A stretch of DNA of 64,000 bases from an uncultured Phycisphaerales bacterium (GTDB lineage: Bacteria; Planctomycetota; Phycisphaerae; Sedimentisphaerales; Anaerobacaceae): the NCBI GenBank assembly GCA_963772725.1, contig CAVYYI010000005.1, forward strand, positions 64,001 through 128,000, in the 5' to 3' direction. Positions 57,531 through 64,000 of the stretch are shown one piece after another. Each line of letters starts with the position of its first letter. Within the stretch, counting starts at the first letter, position 1. Made by a program: the position numbers and the translations under genes. The notes under the pieces were generated by a model. It made no database searches, was not told where the DNA came from, and was given only the letters and a program-made list of their open reading frames with translations.

Positions 57531-58016
57531 AAATCCGAAATTCGAATATCGAAATCCAAAACAAATCACAACAAATCTAAATTGCACAATGTTCAAAACT
57601 ATGGGAATTTTACTCACTTTTTCGTGCGATTGCGCCGAAAATATTTGTTAATTCACCAGCTTCCTGCTCAAGTTCCACCTTTTTAGCAACGGCTGGGCTA
57701 TTGCTGTCGGTATCAATCAATCGCAGCCAATATTTGCTTTCTTTAGCTTCTTTTCGGCATATTTTAATTCGCATAAGAAAATCTTTTTTACTCAGTGCCT
57801 CATTTGCCTCAATGTAGTTGGCCCCAACGGAACCTGATGACCTGACAAGCTGTTTAACGTCTTCGAGATTTGCGATATCTTTATGTACAGCTCTAACAAA
57901 TTCCCTAACACCTTTGGCAAATTCAAAAGTTCTGTCTTCAAGGTCATATTGTTTTGAATTTTGCATTTCAGTCATTCAAATTTACTTCGGATTTCGATAT
58001 TCTTATTTCGAATTTC
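57531..58016. repeat. Long imperfect inverted repeats enclosing the four-helix-bundle gene
   Basis: Perfect 14-bp core gaatatcgaaatcc (57544-57557) / ggatttcgatattc (57989-58002); also ttcaaaac (57592-57599) / gttttgaa (57951-57958). Confidence 0.8.
57610..57975 (-). CDS. Four-helix-bundle protein (23S rRNA intervening-sequence protein family, TIGR02436)
   Basis: DLEDRTFEFA, QLVRSSGSVGANYIEA, S.KDF, KEAKESKYWL. Confidence 0.92.
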   Translation of the reverse strand: MTEMQNSKQYDLEDRTFEFAKGVREFVRAVHKDIANLEDVKQLVRSSGSVGANYIEANEALSKKDFLMRIKICRKEAKESKYWLRLIDTDSNSPAVAKKVELEQEAGELTNIFGAIARKSE

Positions 58017-58018
58017 TT

Positions 58019-59601
58019 TTATCTTGCGTACTCGATGCAGCGCACTTCACGCAGCAGCGTTACCTGTATTTCGCCCGGATAAGTCATTTCTTCTTCAATC
58101 TTCTTGGCGATATCACGGGCGACTTTCGTTGCGGACTCGTCATCGACCTTTTCAGCATTGACAATTACCCGGATTTCCCGGCCGGCCTGAATGGCATACG
58201 CGTTTTCAACGCCCTTGAAACTGTTGGCGATTTCCTCAAGTTTCTCAAGCCGCTTGATATACCTTTCGAGCGTTTCTCTTCTTGCGCCAGGTCTTGATGC
58301 GCTGATAGCGTCTGCTGCTGCAATAAGCGGAGTATAAGGATTGTCCGCGGGAATATCGCCGTGATGTGCCTCGACGGCATTCAAAATTATCGGTGATTCA
58401 TTAAACCGTTTGAGGAAATTTGCCGCCAATGGCAGGATGTCCGCCTTCTATTTCGTGGTCAATGGCCTTGCCGATATCGTGCAGCAAGTCCCGCCCGTCT
58501 GGCTATTGAACCGTCCAGGCCGAGTTCATCGGCCATAACCTGCGCCAGAAATGCGACTTCCATGCTGTGCCGAAGAACGTTTTGTCCATAACTTGTTCGG
58601 TAATTCAATGCACCGAGCAGACTCAAAATCCTGTTGTTCAGTCCTCTTACATTGGTCTCAACAGCGGCATCCTTACCTATTTGCAGCACCTTGTCGTTGA
58701 CTTCCTTTTTCGTCTGGGCGACAAGTTCCTCAATGCGGGACGGATGAATTCGTCCATCCTGAATGAGTTTTTCCATCGAAAGCCTGGCAACTTCTCGCCT
58801 GACGGGATTAAATCCGCTGACGATAATCATCCCAGGCGTATCATCCACTATAACATCGACGCCGGTAGCCTTTTCAAATGCGCGAATATTGCGTCCTTCA
58901 CGGCCGATTATGCGCCCTTTCATATCATCATTGGGGATTTCCACTGTCGAAACCGCCACTTCGCAGGTCTGCTCAGAGGCATAACGCTGAATCGCGGTAC
59001 TGATTATTTCTCGGCTCTTTTCCTCAACCTTTTCGTTGGTTTCCTCGACCTTGCGCTGAATCAGCGTGGACATCTCTTGCTCACATTCATCCTCAAGACG
59101 TTTGAGCAAAAGCTCTTTGGCCTCGTCGGCGTTCATCGCGGTGATTTTAAGTAACTGATTCTTCTGCTGTACTAATAACGCCGACAACTGCTTTTCCTTG
59201 CTGTCGATGTTGCTTAATCTCCTCTCAACCTCTTTTTCCTGCTGCTTGAAAGAATCCTCACGCTTGGCGAATATTTCCGTCTGACGATCGAGAGAGTCCT
59301 CACGCTTGGTTAATCGCATCTCGATTTCACGCAATTCCGCGCGAATCTTATTAGTTTCAGCGTTAAATACCTCTCTTCGCTTCATAACCTCAGAAGCTGA
59401 ATCTATCTGGGCGGACTTGATTATATTTTCCGCTTCTCTCTTGGCGTCTTCAATCTGACGCGACAGGTTGCCTTTCACTGTCTCGGTCTTTTTTCTGGAG
59501 ATTATCTGCGCAACTATGGCCATAAGGCAAATCCCCAGCACAAAACCGACAACAATGTAAAGCGGTACCTGGTAGCCTATCTGCATTATCATGGTATCCA
59601 T
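58019..59601 (-). CDS. rny: Ribonuclease Y (two indels, near 58487 and 58425)
   Basis: N-terminal TM, coiled coil, KH motif [15 protein letters not shown] domain, [13 protein letters not shown]. Confidence 0.95.
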
Positions 59602-59639
59602 TTTTTTCACCTTTCATTGATGTTGAAATAAAACAACAA

Positions 59640-60100
59640 TTCTCGCTTAATGCAGACAGATTAGCGGTCTTTAGACAGGAATGCCGCAAAGGCAGGTATG
59701 AACACGAAATCCTCTTGGTCAGAGCAAAAAATCAGCCATTGGGTGTTGAAATCGCCATAAAAAGCGTGGTTTCTCTTCTCAAAACCGCGTCCGCTTTTAA
59801 ATCCGCTGATTCTAAGCCTGACATTAAAACCGGTTTTCCGGCAATCAAAAGGGGTTTTAATAGACTTCGTTTCACAATAACTTCACTTTTCTTTTGTTAC
59901 GCAGGGCATCTAAACACAAAAATCAATCTCAGTCTCTTCAATGATGCCCCAAAAAGCTTATTTTAACCTAACCGTCCTTTGGATAAAGGCTTATCGCCAT
60001 TTTCCTGCTTCGTTAGTCCCGACATTAAACAACACAAAAACTACTCTGTTTAATTGCGAGACAAACCACAATCTTGTTCAGCATTTAGCAAACTACTGAC
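59640..60100 (-). ncRNA. Candidate large structured RNA (~460 nt; 6S RNA position) upstream of rny
   Basis: 5' and 3' ends pair over ~29 nt; many internal hairpins; own promoter; no sense-strand ORF of 60 aa or more starts upstream of 59690. Confidence 0.55.
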
Positions 60101-60108
60101 TATCTATA

Positions 60109-60137
60109 TTTATATATCGCCCTTTGACAAAGGTCAA
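60109..60137 (-). promoter_or_regulatory. Sigma70 promoter facing the RNA candidate and rny
   Basis: TTGACC-17-TATAAA on the minus strand. Confidence 0.65.
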
Positions 60138-60472
60138 GTTAAAACTTTCCCCAAAAATCACCTTCGACAGCAAAAAAATAATTTTTTTTATAAGACGTTA
60201 ATTTGGGCAATTTTATTTCACCAAGAAATTCACTAATTCTTTAGTTTTTCTTACGCTATTTTTAGATTAGTTAGCCATAACCCATTTATTGTCAAGATGT
60301 TACAGCTTGTTTTAATTTTTTTGTCTTTTGACAATTTGAATTTTTTTAGGATTTAGGAATTAGTGTTTAGGGTTTGATTGCGCCCAATGATTGTCTTAGG
60401 ATTAACCTGCCCCTTACTTCTGCCGATACAACCATTGAAATTTGTAATATTTGTTGTGTAAGGAGCCTTAAA

Positions 60473-60809
60473 ATGGGTATTCAGAACTGGTCGCAGGATA
60501 TTATTCTTGTGGATTTAATGGAAGAACCGAACACCTCGGATGAGTTAAAAGAGGTTACGGAAATGGTTCGGGACAGGGGTGATTGCAATGTCGTTATAGA
60601 CTTTTCCAGCATCGATATCGTAACATCTTCAAGCCTTTCCGCCCTATTGAGGTCTGCGAAAACTCCTGGCCGACTGCGGACAACGCCTGATATTCTGCAA
60701 CGTTGCCCCCGCCACGAAACGTGTTTTTGTGTTATCCGGCATCGACGGAATCTTTGAATTTACCGATGATAAGTTCTTCGCCTTAACTTCCGTCCAAATG
60801 GCTAATTAA
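60473..60809 (+). CDS. STAS-domain anti-sigma factor antagonist (indel near 60652)
   Basis: SD aaggag; VVIDFSSIDIVTSSSLSALL; restored C-terminus LIFCNV...VFVLSGIDGIFEF. Confidence 0.82.
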
Positions 60810-60881
60810 TACCCGCGATTTATTCGCTGGGTTTTATTCAAGCTCGCCGCGACCCGCTGGAGGGAGGCAGGTCGCACGCGG

Positions 60882-61457
60882 CTATTTTATTTCGTTCGGC
60901 TCATTTGGCTCATCTTTCCACTTCAACCAGCTTAAGTTACCTGCCTTTATAAAACATATGTTGCCGCCGGTAAATACAATATTACAACCGTCCCCTTTAT
61001 GATTTTCAAAACTCAATAATTCCGGCCCGCCATGCTGATTCCAGTCATTGCCATCTGAGCGGTAACCTGTTTCAAACAGCAAAACCAATCCCGGCGGCGC
61101 ATACGCTGTTTTGACATTCGGATTCATCGCGTAATTGCACCGCCCTTTCTTATGACCTTTAAAATCCTTTTCTTTGGCATAGCCGTATTTTACAAGATAG
61201 TCGCACCATTTATCCGCTGGCGGAAATTTGTCATCCCAGTCATTAGCATAAAGAAACATTGCTTTTGCAAGAGCCGATAGATGATTTCCGCACACCAGTT
61301 TATATGCAATACTTCGCGTCCTTGAAGATGTAACCGCATCTTCAAGAATTATCCAAATTGATAGAGCTAAAGTTGCTATTAGCACGACAGCTAAAATTAC
61401 ACTCAGTTTATTTTTTTGAGATTTTTTGCCTTGCCCGTTTTTCTCTGCCTCGCTCAT
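60882..61457 (-). CDS. Single-TM protein with DUF1559 / H-X9-DG-like C-terminus
   Basis: C..HL..LAKA...YAND; NYAMN; H...GCNIVF.GG. Confidence 0.65.
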   Translation of the reverse strand: MSEAEKNGQGKKSQKNKLSVILAVVLIATLALSIWIILEDAVTSSRTRSIAYKLVCGNHLSALAKAMFLYANDWDDKFPPADKWCDYLVKYGYAKEKDFKGHKKGRCNYAMNPNVKTAYAPPGLVLLFETGYRSDGNDWNQHGGPELLSFENHKGDGCNIVFTGGNICFIKAGNLSWLKWKDEPNEPNEIK

Positions 61458-61632
61458 ATTATGTTCCCTTTCGTAAATCAGTGTAAATCCAGAGTTAATC
61501 GGTGTCAAACCAAAAACTTAAAGACTCTGCATAACGACACTTTGTTATAACCGAGCTTAGAGGCTCAGGTTTCATAGTTTATCAGCATTGAAACAATTAA
61601 GGATAAACAATAATCACCAAAATTATTGAAAT

Positions 61633-61672
61633 AAAAAACCGGCGGGAATTTTGTTATCTCCCGCCGGTTATT
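61633..61672 (-). terminator. Intrinsic terminator of gdhA
   Basis: aaccggcggga / tcccgccggtt stem; T-run on the minus strand. Confidence 0.8.
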
Positions 61673-61701
61673 AACGTTTCACTTTTCTATTTCAGTGTGG
61701 T

Positions 61702-63079
<1,378 letters not shown>

Positions 63080-63299
63080 TTAATTGCGCAAAATAAGTTA
63101 AACTGATTTTATGTTTATTTTGGCAACACTAAGCTTGATATTATACTCTTCCTCTTAAAGCAGTAATAAACGATTTATTGTAATATGTCTTATTAGTTTT
63201 TTTTATAATTTATTTAAGAATGCTTAAGCTGTTGTGTAATTTGAAGAAGTGATGTTTTCAACGGATTGACCACAATTAAATTGAACAGGATTTATTTAT

Positions 63300-64000
63300 A
63301 TGCGCAGGTTCGCTAATGTTTTAATTGGTGCGGCGGTGGTGATGGTTTTTAGTGTTGTGTCGCGGGCGAGTGATGTGACGATAGTGTGTCCGGGAAAAGG
63401 GGGAGTGCATGAGCAATTGGCGGCTAAGGAGATTCGCAGGTATTTGTATTTGCGGACGGGTGAACTGCTGCCGATTATCTGGGGGAGCGAGAAACTGCCT
63501 GTAAAGGGTGATTTGATTATTGCGGGACAGAAGGATAGGAAAATCATCAGGGATTTGATCGGAACCGATGAGAAACTCAAATCGTCTGTGGCATCTCTGG
63601 CCGCTCAGCAGTATCAGATAAAAACGCTCGTACTAAACGGCCGCAAGGTTGTACTGATAGCTGGCGGGGATACTATGGGAGCGCTTTACGGAGTGTATCG
63701 ATTTATCGAACATTTTGGGGTGCGGTTTTATCTGCATGGGGATACAATTCCGGATGGGAAAATTCCTATGCTTTTGCCGGAACTGGACGAGCAGGGTAAA
63801 CCGTTATTTCCTTTGCGGGGGATTCAGCCTTTTCACGATTTTCCAGAGGGGCCTGACTGGTGGAATATTGACGATTACAAAGCGGTGCTGACGCAACTGC
63901 CGAAACTGCGGATGAATTTTATCGGTTTACACACCTATCCTGAAAGCGGACACGGACCTGAGCCGCTTGTGTGGATTGGGGTTAAAGAGGACATCGACAA
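63300..64000 (+). CDS. Secreted glycoside-hydrolase-like protein (GH67/GH20-type N-terminal domain), truncated by the window end; not in the ORF track
   Basis: Open frame MRRFANVLIGAAVVM...LAAKEIRRYLYLRTG...GALYGVYRF...RGIQPFHDFPEGPDWW. Confidence 0.75.
   Translation, partial: MRRFANVLIGAAVVMVFSVVSRASDVTIVCPGKGGVHEQLAAKEIRRYLYLRTGELLPIIWGSEKLPVKGDLIIAGQKDRKIIRDLIGTDEKLKSSVASLAAQQYQIKTLVLNGRKVVLIAGGDTMGALYGVYRFIEHFGVRFYLHGDTIPDGKIPMLLPELDEQGKPLFPLRGIQPFHDFPEGPDWWNIDDYKAVLTQLPKLRMNFIGLHTYPESGHGPEPLVWIGVKEDID

Noticed and set aside
57610..57975. Diversity-generating retroelement (Avd-like gene)
   Set aside because: No reverse transcriptase or TR/VR pair seen in the window
59715..59966. 83-aa + strand ORF in the rny upstream region
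   Set aside because: No SD or motifs, and antisense to the predicted transcript; the RNA structure explains the region better

Overview
Bacterial chromosomal window of moderate GC. The gene content (H-X9-DG-like protein, ECF sigma with a giant partner, STAS protein, GH-like secreted protein) suggests Planctomycetota, probably Phycisphaerae; this is inference only. Housekeeping genes (hemW, trxB, pssA-psd, gyrB, dapB, PMM/PGM, ilvB-ilvN, efp, guaB-guaA, rny-ymdB, gdhA) alternate with accessory blocks. These are two diverged IS982 copies (one cleanly interrupting a membrane-protein gene, 5-bp TSD), an IS1182/IS5-like element, a co-oriented island of small membrane/lipoprotein genes (~25.8-37.0 kb) and a kinase-PHP-dehydrogenase-aldolase/SDR sugar operon. 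Many genes, including essential ones, carry single-base indels that are most likely long-read consensus errors. The strongest unexplained signals are non-coding. First, a ~460-nt self-closing multi-hairpin RNA candidate with its own promoter sits at the usual 6S RNA position upstream of rny. Second, ilvB has a ~250-nt structured leader with no attenuator peptide. Third, a four-helix-bundle gene enclosed by inverted repeats lies inside rny-ymdB. Fourth, there are REP/MITE-like elements. No rRNA, tRNA or CRISPR array was recognised. All family assignments and RNA pairings were made by eye, without database searches or folding software.
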